Shown here piece after piece: positions 20,301-27,170 of a stretch of DNA of 29,891 nucleotides (positions are counted from its first letter, which is position 1; each line of letters begins with the position of its first letter). Source of the DNA: a virus (lineage: Duplodnaviria; Caudoviricetes); IMG/VR virus record IMGVR_UViG_3300044272_001923, positions 1 through 29,891 of that record, one strand, 5' to 3'. A program made the position numbers and the translations under genes. The notes under the pieces are model-generated. The model made no database searches, had not been told where the DNA came from, and saw nothing but the letters and a program-made list of their open reading frames with translations.

Positions 20301-23249
20301 AATTTAAGTAAAAATCAAGAACAAATATTTACAAGAGAGTTAGGTCCTTTATCAGCTGAACTAATTGATAGTAATGAGTTTGAAGTAATATATCTTGCCG
20401 CTATACGAGAAACTGTTAAAGATAGGCTTAAACAAGACTCCGGTCGTATAGTAAAGAATATAAAAGAAAAACTTAATGATAAAAAATTAAGTAATGAGCA
20501 AAAAGCAGAATTTGTGTTTGATTTTTTTAAATATGAACATTCAGCATATGTTAAAAATAGCAAACTACATGGTCTTTGGGAAGGCGCTAGCAACGAAGTT
20601 TCTTTTAAATATTGGGAAAAGCAGTTTGGCATTAAATTAAAAACATTAGGTTTTAAAATACAAGGTAGCTCTATATTTCATAAGGATAAAGATGGCAAGT
20701 TCAAAAAAATTACTGAATATGTAGGAAGACCTAGTAGTCATCAAAATAAAAGAAAATCTGATAGAGCAACATTAGTGCAATATTATGAAAAAAATATTGA
20801 AGCAATGGATGCGCAGGCTGAAGTAAATAAAAATTGGTTTGTATCTCAAGTAGCGAAACTTTTACTTACAGAAGGTAAACAAGCTGCTTTTGATTTTATA
20901 AGCATACAAGGATTAGCTAGCGATAGTACATTAAGAATGATTGGTAAATTAAGGTATGTTGAAAAAGCAGAAGGCCCATTTACATATGAACATACGCCAC
21001 CAATTAATGATTTACAACAAGACATGTACGCGGCTATAAACTCTACCAATAATGTTTCTGAAATTTTAGCTAATATAGATAATATACTTTCTAATAGTAA
21101 AGTTGATTTTATTTCTGATGCTACAATGAAAAAAGTTGATGCGGTAAATAAAACAACAGGTAAAGATATTACAAGATATAAACCTGGTAATCTTACTAAA
21201 AAAGGTTTACAAGAATTAAAAAGACCTAAACAAAAAGTTCAAGAATCTACACAAGAGCAAGATTTAAATGGAGAGTTTAATAAAATAGTAGAACAAAGTA
21301 CAGGCATAAAGGCTGAGTCCAGATTTAAAGGCGTAAAAGGAAGAAGAGGTGATGTAAAAAGAAGATTTAGATTATCTAGTATATTTATACCATATACTGC
21401 AGAAGATTTGAACGGATTAATGTATGCAGTATTACCTAAAGGCGAAGCTGGGGATAAAGCTTATAAATGGATAAAAGAACATATATATAAACCATTTAGT
21501 CGTGCAAATGAAAATATCATTAGAGATAGAATGGCAACCATGAATGATTATGATGCTCTTAAAAAACAAATGCCTAATGTTGTTAAAAAGCTAAAAGAAA
21601 AAACTGATGCAAGTAAACCATTTTTTACAAAACGAGATGCCGTAAGAGTATGGATATGGAATCAACAAAATATGGAAATTCCAGAATTATCCCAATCAGA
21701 TAAAAATAGTTTATTGCAAACAGTAAATAATGATCCTGAATTAATACAATTTGCTCAAAAACTTATTGGTATTACTAAAGAAGGCGGTTATGGTGCACCT
21801 AATCCAGCTTGGGACTCAGGCACAATAACTACAGATTTACAAGAAAATATAAATGTAAATAAAAGAGCTAAATATTTAGAACAATGGCAAGATAATGTTG
21901 ATACTATTTTTGATGAAGCTATGTATAATAAATTACGAGCTGCCTATGGAGATAGTTATGTGAGGTCTTTAAAAAATATATTATTAAGAATGAAACTTGG
22001 TCGTAACAGAACAGGTGGAGGTAATCCTCAAATAGATGCTTGGTTAGATTGGTTAAATAATTCGGTAGGAGCTATAATGTTCGTAAACGTTAGATCAGCT
22101 GTGCTGCAGACTATATCAACTGTAAACTATATGAACTGGCACGACAATAATCCATTAAAAGCAGCTAAAGCTTTTGCAAATCAAAAACAATTTTGGTCAG
22201 ATTTTTCAATGATATTTAATTCTGATTATTTAAAAGCTAGAAGAGGTGGATTACAATTAAATGTACAAGAATCTGAAATTGCTGAACAAGCAAAAAAGAA
22301 AGGTGTAAGAGGAGTTATTAGTTATTTATTAAATAAAGGTTTTATATTAACAAGAGCTGCAGATAGTTTTGCTATTGCAAACGGTGGTGCAGCAATGTAT
22401 AGAAATAGAGTTAATACATATTTAAAACAAGGTAAAACTCAGCAACAAGCTGAACAAGATGCTTTTTCAGATTTTATGGAATTAACAGAAGAAGCACAAC
22501 AATCATCTAGACCTGACAGAATATCTATGGAACAAGCTGGTCCACAAGGTAGAGTTATATTAGCATTTGCTAACACACCAATGCAGTATACTAGATTAAT
22601 GAAAAGATCTGTACAAGATTTAGTTAATAAAAGAGGTGATGCAAAAACAAATATGTCTAAATTAATATACTACGGGGCTGTTCAAAACTTTATCTTTAAC
22701 GCAATGCAACAAGCTTTATTTGCATTAGGATATGATGATGAAGAAGAAGAAGAAAAAATAAAAGAAAAATATCAAACTACAGCAAATAGTATGTTAGATT
22801 CGATATTAAGAGGTACTGGTATGGTTGGTAATGCTGTAATGGTTGCTAAAAACTTTGCGATAGATATTGCTAAAAGAAGCAAAAAACCAAAACCAAATTT
22901 TGATGATGCAGCGTGGAAACTATTAGATATATCTCCACCTTTAGATTCAAAAGTAACAAAAGTAAGATCTGCTTTATATTCATTAGAATATGATGAATTT
23001 GATGAAATGGCTATGGCACAAACCATATCAGCATTTACAAACGTTCCAGCAGATAGAGTTATAAGATTATATCAAAGTGTAAGAGCTGCTGTAGCAGAAG
23101 ATACTGAAGCTTGGCAAAGAGTAGCTCTATTATTAGGTTGGAATACCTGGGAGTTAGGTATAAAACCAGAAGACGACATTAATATATCAAATGGTGGTCG
23201 TCTTTCAACAAGAAGTAGTAAAAGAGGTTCAAGAAAATCAACAAGATAA
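17370..23249 (+). CDS. Large multidomain ejection/internal virion protein
   Basis: 1959 aa; Gly-rich hydrophobic N-terminal region, coiled coil, sigma-70 region 2-like segment, EHxxP segment, C-terminal helical region (QQSSRPDRISMEQ...ILAFANTPMQY) typical of large podovirus ejection proteins; Arg/Ser-rich basic tail. Confidence 0.7.
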   Translation: MFEYQGVLYTYRDLNNHAKAQGTTIENLLKLNPEIKERKELLNFDKRGLLDFTENSLLEQGILIPDDVDTSSELQSIERGKVKPIPAPGYVGTFTDYQDFTKKIVRRPKKAVENLTFDQKKAYDKYKKIYNEALWSERLLDAKEISKELSKTDADMLANSFLSFSNQLSDFVPNTAISILGLTNTLFGVGEENLIKLSEEQIIEQAERGRTGSLVKGFKEGKPLELLGGTINAIGSLGASVITNRVTGGVGIYTDFIGRGFTTVNKARADKLGISISELIETDQEDYLGTLITSGLMGVMERFGLGMIDDAISKSTKAGFFQSLMYRLSAGTAEGITELGQTGMENVQVGIGQKKDAKGLGSDFINGMFSEEGLESFLQGFVGGGIITAAGAPKQQDIGLVAALGSLAAGGGDGFILAGGLSPLVAASAGRRLKGEAARKREEQLFKEMHELKNKLLKANDPKSKKRLQKAYENKKQELTDFTKNQNVLINQTEESDLKDIASIQLNFTQQSAELQEKRNNNEISQSEYDVQRQLLKQEYEANYKKLNNKISDVSQKNQNISQKNDDLIKIIKDPNATPAAIEKAKNDLVENNKGFIEKLIKSTFNPTLKSGLSEQDYRAAINLEFAKIINSYKIKENVPFGAYLQQTLPKRLPAIFDLAIETNEQGEFIVKTDVTESDNIIGDKGININTKSNNNLANNIIGITGLNKEESNTKGKEILSGKLPGVTEKVKGDQNPFLTAIEKAAEGKFFQAIMDAMGGNFKQNPDALSEYVTFLETNIADIKAVIEEAGNKDYNRYKNKMLKGLYKGKKKPGAAGRAKMGEGGTAVGEGRYDYQTPTDAEIISYFSEGNLTTVVERKKTLSKILSHSVGKQAVAQAIKDPAVAEKFKGIQELLGKEVPANVESQVITRLDRVIKTLEDAKPDPNVLRADFGAGAIINLGRQSLLGFLKSIRQILKAGANFNKAKSQSIKIAAKDLNLSKNQEQIFTRELGPLSAELIDSNEFEVIYLAAIRETVKDRLKQDSGRIVKNIKEKLNDKKLSNEQKAEFVFDFFKYEHSAYVKNSKLHGLWEGASNEVSFKYWEKQFGIKLKTLGFKIQGSSIFHKDKDGKFKKITEYVGRPSSHQNKRKSDRATLVQYYEKNIEAMDAQAEVNKNWFVSQVAKLLLTEGKQAAFDFISIQGLASDSTLRMIGKLRYVEKAEGPFTYEHTPPINDLQQDMYAAINSTNNVSEILANIDNILSNSKVDFISDATMKKVDAVNKTTGKDITRYKPGNLTKKGLQELKRPKQKVQESTQEQDLNGEFNKIVEQSTGIKAESRFKGVKGRRGDVKRRFRLSSIFIPYTAEDLNGLMYAVLPKGEAGDKAYKWIKEHIYKPFSRANENIIRDRMATMNDYDALKKQMPNVVKKLKEKTDASKPFFTKRDAVRVWIWNQQNMEIPELSQSDKNSLLQTVNNDPELIQFAQKLIGITKEGGYGAPNPAWDSGTITTDLQENINVNKRAKYLEQWQDNVDTIFDEAMYNKLRAAYGDSYVRSLKNILLRMKLGRNRTGGGNPQIDAWLDWLNNSVGAIMFVNVRSAVLQTISTVNYMNWHDNNPLKAAKAFANQKQFWSDFSMIFNSDYLKARRGGLQLNVQESEIAEQAKKKGVRGVISYLLNKGFILTRAADSFAIANGGAAMYRNRVNTYLKQGKTQQQAEQDAFSDFMELTEEAQQSSRPDRISMEQAGPQGRVILAFANTPMQYTRLMKRSVQDLVNKRGDAKTNMSKLIYYGAVQNFIFNAMQQALFALGYDDEEEEEKIKEKYQTTANSMLDSILRGTGMVGNAVMVAKNFAIDIAKRSKKPKPNFDDAAWKLLDISPPLDSKVTKVRSALYSLEYDEFDEMAMAQTISAFTNVPADRVIRLYQSVRAAVAEDTEAWQRVALLLGWNTWELGIKPEDDINISNGGRLSTRSSKRGSRKSTR

Positions 23250-23251
23250 TT

Positions 23252-23386
23252 ATGGCAAAAGACGCATGTTATAACAAAGTAAAGGCAAGGTACAAAGTAT
23301 TTCCTTCTGCATACGCTAGCGGAGCTATCGCAAAATGTAGAAAAGTGGGTGCCGCTAACTGGGGTAATAAATCTAAAAAGAAATAA
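23252..23386 (+). CDS. Small basic protein, 44 aa (not in ORF track)
   Basis: Translated by hand: MAKDACYNKVKARYKVFPSAYASGAIAKCRKVGAANWGNKSKKK; begins 2 nt after the upstream stop; PSAYASG motif recalled from marine virus DUF5872-like proteins. Confidence 0.8.
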   Translation: MAKDACYNKVKARYKVFPSAYASGAIAKCRKVGAANWGNKSKKK

Positions 23387-23388
23387 TT

Positions 23389-23532
23389 ATGGCAGATCAA
23401 AAAGTAAAGCCACATAAAATGTATTGTAAAGATGGATCAGTACATGATGTAAAAACTTACAAAGAGCATAAAGCTTTAATGAAAAAAGGATGTGGTCATA
23501 AAAAACCTAAAGATGGCAGTAAGGAAAACTAA
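23389..23532 (+). CDS. Small basic His/Cys-containing protein, 47 aa (not in ORF track)
   Basis: Translated by hand: MADQKVKPHKMYCKDGSVHDVKTYKEHKALMKKGCGHKKPKDGSKEN; same TAATTATGGCA junction as the previous gene; fills the gap between neighbours. Confidence 0.72.
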   Translation: MADQKVKPHKMYCKDGSVHDVKTYKEHKALMKKGCGHKKPKDGSKEN

Positions 23533-23791
23533 AAAAGGTGCACAACTTAAACGTTGGTTTAAAGAAAAATGGGTTGATGTAAGAACCGGTAAGCCTTGCG
23601 GTAGAAAGAAAGGTGATGGTAGAGGTGTACCATATTGTAGGCCTAGTAAAAGAATATCAAGTAAGACTGTAAAAACAGCAGGTGAAATGTCAGCTTCTGA
23701 AAAAGCAGCTAAGATAAGAGAAAAGAAATCATTAGGTCAACCAGCAGGTAAGCCAAGAAGAGTAAAAAACGTTAAAAGAGGTAAAAAATAG
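23513..23791 (+). CDS. Small basic protein, DUF5872-like (92 aa)
   Basis: LKRWFKEKWVDVRTGKPCGRKKGDGRGVPYCRPSKRIS motif; ATG at 23513 (MAVRKTKKG) preferred over the track's GTG at 23492. Confidence 0.75.
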   Translation: MAVRKTKKGAQLKRWFKEKWVDVRTGKPCGRKKGDGRGVPYCRPSKRISSKTVKTAGEMSASEKAAKIREKKSLGQPAGKPRRVKNVKRGKK

Positions 23792-23808
23792 GTAATTAAA
23801 TATATCAT

Positions 23809-24111
23809 ATGGCAACAGAAATTTCTCAAGATACTCAATTAAAATTAGACCTTAAAACAATTGGAATAATTGTAGCGGGAGCAATATCTCTTGCAAGCAT
23901 GTACTTTGTAATGGCTGCTGACATAGAAGAAGCTAAGAAGTTACCCGTTCCTCCTGTTGGTGAAGTTGAATTTAAATATAAAGACGAAATGGTTCGTAAA
24001 ACAATTGAATTAACTCAAAAAGACGTAGAAGCAATAAAATCTGATGTAGAGTCTATGAAAATAACATTAGAAAAATTAGATTCAAGGCTTTACGAAATAT
24101 CTCGTAACTAA
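23809..24111 (+). CDS. Single-TM coiled-coil membrane protein, copy A (i-spanin/holin-like topology)
   Basis: 100 aa; one hydrophobic helix (IGIIVAGAISLASMYFVMAA) followed by heptad-patterned C-terminus; paralog of 25681..25986. Confidence 0.7.
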   Translation: MATEISQDTQLKLDLKTIGIIVAGAISLASMYFVMAADIEEAKKLPVPPVGEVEFKYKDEMVRKTIELTQKDVEAIKSDVESMKITLEKLDSRLYEISRN

Positions 24112-24470
24112 TGAAAAAAATTACTTTAATAGATATTATATTGCTTATTTTTATGTTGGTTGTTGTAAGTCAAGTTACATATTCTCAATATAAAGATGGT
24201 ATATCAGTAGTACAATTTAGTGCTGAGTTTGTAAAAGAAAATGAAATATCATTAAAAAAATTTAATGATCATAATACACATTTATTTTATTTAAGTAAAC
24301 ACAGTGAACATTTTACAAAAGAAGAAATAATATATATACCAACTGTTATATTATTTCATAACGGTGAACAAATATTAAAAATTGAATCAGGTGTTACATT
24401 AAAATTACCTGAAAATACAGCGGATAAAATAGAAAACGCTATTGACGAAATTTTAGAGAATACATTTTAA
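24111..24470 (+). CDS. Secreted thioredoxin-fold protein lacking CxxC, copy A
   Basis: 119 aa; signal peptide then ISVVQFSAEF (Trx beta strand before the active site), IYIPTVILFHNGEQILKI (cis-Pro loop and beta hairpin of Trx); no cysteine. Confidence 0.65.
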   Translation: MKKITLIDIILLIFMLVVVSQVTYSQYKDGISVVQFSAEFVKENEISLKKFNDHNTHLFYLSKHSEHFTKEEIIYIPTVILFHNGEQILKIESGVTLKLPENTADKIENAIDEILENTF

Positions 24471-24473
24471 CAT

Positions 24474-25676
24474 ATGAAAAAACTACTATTAGCACTTTGT
24501 TTATTAATTTCATTTAATTCAAACGCACAGTTTTTAAAAGAACTATATAAAGACTTTTTAAAATATGGCACGTTTTATGTAGCAGGAGATGCTTCAAATG
24601 CGTACGAACAAACATATAAAGATTACTTTGTAGAAAGACCCGCAGATGGCGATTTATATGGTATACCAAGAGTAATTGATGTAACTGACTATTATCCAAT
24701 GGATTACCGTATTGGCGTAGGTTTTAGAAAATTAGCTAGATTTGGTTATGAAGTAAAAGCTAAAGAATATTATGATGGTACTGAAAATAATAAATCGTTA
24801 TCAGCACCAACATCATCAGTTAAAGGGCTTGAATATTTATTTCATTATGAAAAAGAAAGAGATAGAGGAGAAGAGTTTTTTAATTCAAGATTTTTTATAA
24901 GACACGTAGGTAAATATCATATTGTTAAATTAGAACAACGCGAACAAGGTAATGTTGGTTTTAAATATCAATCAGCTGAAGTAAGAGGTAGATTACCAAT
25001 AGGTAAAAAGTTTAGTTTATCAGCCGGTGCAATATATCGTACACATCAAACACCATATGGTTATAATCCAATTGAAATATGGTTAAATGAAACAGAATCA
25101 TTTATTGATCCAGATGGGAATGAAATAGAATATCCTAAAAATCCCTGGTATACACTTGGGTATGAATATGGGTATACTGATAATTTTACTAAGTATACTG
25201 ATATGAATACTAATGAAGAAAGGTTTGATTGGATATGGAAAGATGCCGATGGCAATATTGTTGCTTGGAGTGATAGAGATTTCCGTAATAGCATATTTGG
25301 TGATTTAATGAACTTATATAATAGAGAGCAATGGGATTTATTAGACGCTTTTGGTGAAGTTGCACCAGTAGTTGGATTTGATTTTTATCATTATCGATCT
25401 AACTTTTGGCTTCATGCTTATGGTAATTACATATTACCTTACCATCAATATATTGTTGGTGATGAAAACGTAAGTTATTTAAATAGAAACAACTGGGGAA
25501 AAGGTGGATTAATAGAAGATTCACAATTAGAGCAATGGGATGACTATCAAGCTGGAATAATATTTGGCTGGAAATTAAGCAAAGCAATAGGAATATTTGC
25601 TGAAGGAGAATATACTAAATTTTGGGATTCAGAAATTTATAATTCTTCCGTAGGCATAAACTTTACATTTAGATAA
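24474..25676 (+). CDS. Predicted outer-membrane beta-barrel protein
   Basis: 400 aa; Sec signal MKKLLLALCLLISFNSNA|Q; aromatic-rich alternating strands (YRIGVGFRK, FSLSAGAIYR, VVGFDFYHY, FWLHAYGNY, AGIIFGWKL, IGIFAEGEY); ends SSVGINFTFR, resembling a BAM beta-signal. Confidence 0.72.
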   Translation: MKKLLLALCLLISFNSNAQFLKELYKDFLKYGTFYVAGDASNAYEQTYKDYFVERPADGDLYGIPRVIDVTDYYPMDYRIGVGFRKLARFGYEVKAKEYYDGTENNKSLSAPTSSVKGLEYLFHYEKERDRGEEFFNSRFFIRHVGKYHIVKLEQREQGNVGFKYQSAEVRGRLPIGKKFSLSAGAIYRTHQTPYGYNPIEIWLNETESFIDPDGNEIEYPKNPWYTLGYEYGYTDNFTKYTDMNTNEERFDWIWKDADGNIVAWSDRDFRNSIFGDLMNLYNREQWDLLDAFGEVAPVVGFDFYHYRSNFWLHAYGNYILPYHQYIVGDENVSYLNRNNWGKGGLIEDSQLEQWDDYQAGIIFGWKLSKAIGIFAEGEYTKFWDSEIYNSSVGINFTFR

Positions 25677-25680
25677 AAAT

Positions 25681-25986
25681 ATGGCAACACAAATTGGAGA
25701 AGATACTCAAGTACAACTTGACCTTAAAACGATTGGAATGATCGTTGGAGGAGCAATCGCTTTAGCGGGGATGTGGTTTACTTTACAGGGTGATATTAAA
25801 GAATTACAAAATGCAAATAACCCTGAAGAATTTGTAAAACAGATGGAATTCCAACTGAAAGACGAATTAATTCGAACAACAATAATACAAATTGAAAAGT
25901 CTACTGAAACGCTAAAAGAAGATATACAAGAAAATAAAGAGCAAATAGAAAAAAACACAGATAAAATTTACGAACTATCAAGATGA
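25681..25986 (+). CDS. Single-TM coiled-coil membrane protein, copy B
   Basis: 101 aa; MATQIGEDTQVQLDLKTIGMIVGGAIALAGMWF aligns with copy A MATEISQDTQLKLDLKTIGIIVAGAISLASMYF; shared EFxxKDE and YE(I/L)SR motifs. Confidence 0.72.
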   Translation: MATQIGEDTQVQLDLKTIGMIVGGAIALAGMWFTLQGDIKELQNANNPEEFVKQMEFQLKDELIRTTIIQIEKSTETLKEDIQENKEQIEKNTDKIYELSR

Positions 25987-26315
25987 AAAATTTAATTACA
26001 ATTATATTAATAATGTTTGCATTCGTAGCAAACGCACAAGACATAACTTTACTACACGTTAATGCAAAATGGAATCAATCAAATGACTATAACTTAAGAG
26101 GTATACGTCATGCAAAAGTTTTAATGGTTAATTTAGAAGATCAAAGCGCTGAATTAAAAGCACAAATTAAAGCTGTACCTACAATTGTTGTAATAGGTAA
26201 AGATGGCAAACCAAAAGGTCAATGGCAAGCTGATTTATCATTTAAATTAACTGTACCAAGAGAAGAAATACAAAATAGAATTAATTTTCTTTTATTTGGT
26301 GAAAGTAAAAACTAA
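25983..26315 (+). CDS. Secreted thioredoxin-fold protein lacking CxxC, copy B
   Basis: 110 aa; signal peptide ...VANA|Q, LLHVNAKWNQSN in place of F-x-A-x-WCGPC, IKAVPTIVVIGKDGK cis-Pro loop; no cysteine. Confidence 0.65.
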   Translation: MKNLITIILIMFAFVANAQDITLLHVNAKWNQSNDYNLRGIRHAKVLMVNLEDQSAELKAQIKAVPTIVVIGKDGKPKGQWQADLSFKLTVPREEIQNRINFLLFGESKN

Positions 26316-26779
26316 TGAAAAATATAAGTGAACACATTAGTTATAGTGAAGGTGTGTATAGTATTACAGCAAAAAGATTAGGAATAGACAACACACCAAA
26401 TAGCTATCATTTATCTAATATGGAGTTATTAGCAGAAAAAATATTTGAGCCTCTTAGAAAGCACGTAGGAGGTCCTATAAAGATCAATTCATTCTATCGT
26501 TCGCCTGAACTTAATCAAGCGATTGGTGGGAGTTCAAAATCGCAACATTGTAAAGGCCAAGCAATTGATATTGATGACACATACTCTTATATGAGTAATG
26601 CCGATATGTATAGATATGTAAAAGAAACTTTATCATTTGACCAAATGATATGGGAATTTGGAGATGGAGTAAATCCTGACTGGGTACATATTAGTTATGT
26701 AAATGAAGATGATAATAGAAATAGATGTTTAGTAGCTTATAAAGACGATAATAATAAAACAAAGTATAAAACTATATAA
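26315..26779 (+). CDS. Endolysin, peptidase M15 family (Zn-dependent peptidoglycan peptidase)
   Basis: PIKINSFYRSPELNQAIGGSSKSQHCKGQAID (SxHxxGxAxD) and WVHISY give the H, D, H zinc ligands of M15. Confidence 0.9.
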   Translation: MKNISEHISYSEGVYSITAKRLGIDNTPNSYHLSNMELLAEKIFEPLRKHVGGPIKINSFYRSPELNQAIGGSSKSQHCKGQAIDIDDTYSYMSNADMYRYVKETLSFDQMIWEFGDGVNPDWVHISYVNEDDNRNRCLVAYKDDNNKTKYKTI

Positions 26780-27168
26780 TGAAACTATGGAAAATTGTCC
26801 TTTTTGCGGTAGCTGTACTTGTCACTAGTTGCTCAATACAGCCAAAACCTAAATTACAAATTACTCACGTATTAGCTGTAACACATGAAGGTGATACTTT
26901 AAAATTACCTATTGATGTTATAAGACCTGTTAATTATAGAATTATAAATTATAGTTCAGGATATGGTTATGGGTGGAATAACTGGTATAGACCTTATTAT
27001 CATAATTATGTTCCGAGTTATGGAAACAGTGGTAGAGGTAGTAATAACAATAGCAGTAGTAATGCTGGTAGTAGTAAAAATAACTACGGTCAAACACCTA
27101 ATCCTAAATCTGTTCCAAGTACAGATAGATCTTCCAATTCAGCAACTGTCAAAGAGCCAAGGAAATAA
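26779..27168 (+). CDS. Lipoprotein (possible o-spanin-like lysis accessory)
   Basis: 129 aa; MKLWKIVLFAVAVLVTS|C lipoprotein signal; Tyr/Trp/Gly-rich middle and Asn/Ser/Pro low-complexity tail; overlaps endolysin stop (TAATG). Confidence 0.65.
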   Translation: MKLWKIVLFAVAVLVTSCSIQPKPKLQITHVLAVTHEGDTLKLPIDVIRPVNYRIINYSSGYGYGWNNWYRPYYHNYVPSYGNSGRGSNNNSSSNAGSSKNNYGQTPNPKSVPSTDRSSNSATVKEPRK

Positions 27169-27170
27169 AA

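Larger units (their letters stand above)
23809..25757 (+). repeat. Dispersed imperfect direct repeat: 5' ends of the two TM paralogs (~23809-23885 and ~25681-25757)
   Basis: Shared blocks ATGGCAACA, AAGATACTCAA, GACCTTAAAAC, ATTGGAAT, GGAGCAAT at identical spacing in both copies. Confidence 0.75.

Noticed and set aside
17370-23249. Virion RNA polymerase as in Crassvirales or N4
   Set aside because: No DxDxD (DFDGD/DFDID) catalytic motif or T7-type polymerase motifs visible in the translation.
23492-23512. GTG start given in the ORF track for the 99-aa ORF
   Set aside because: Lies deep inside the 47-aa gene; the ATG at 23513 gives an ATGGCA start like neighbouring genes.
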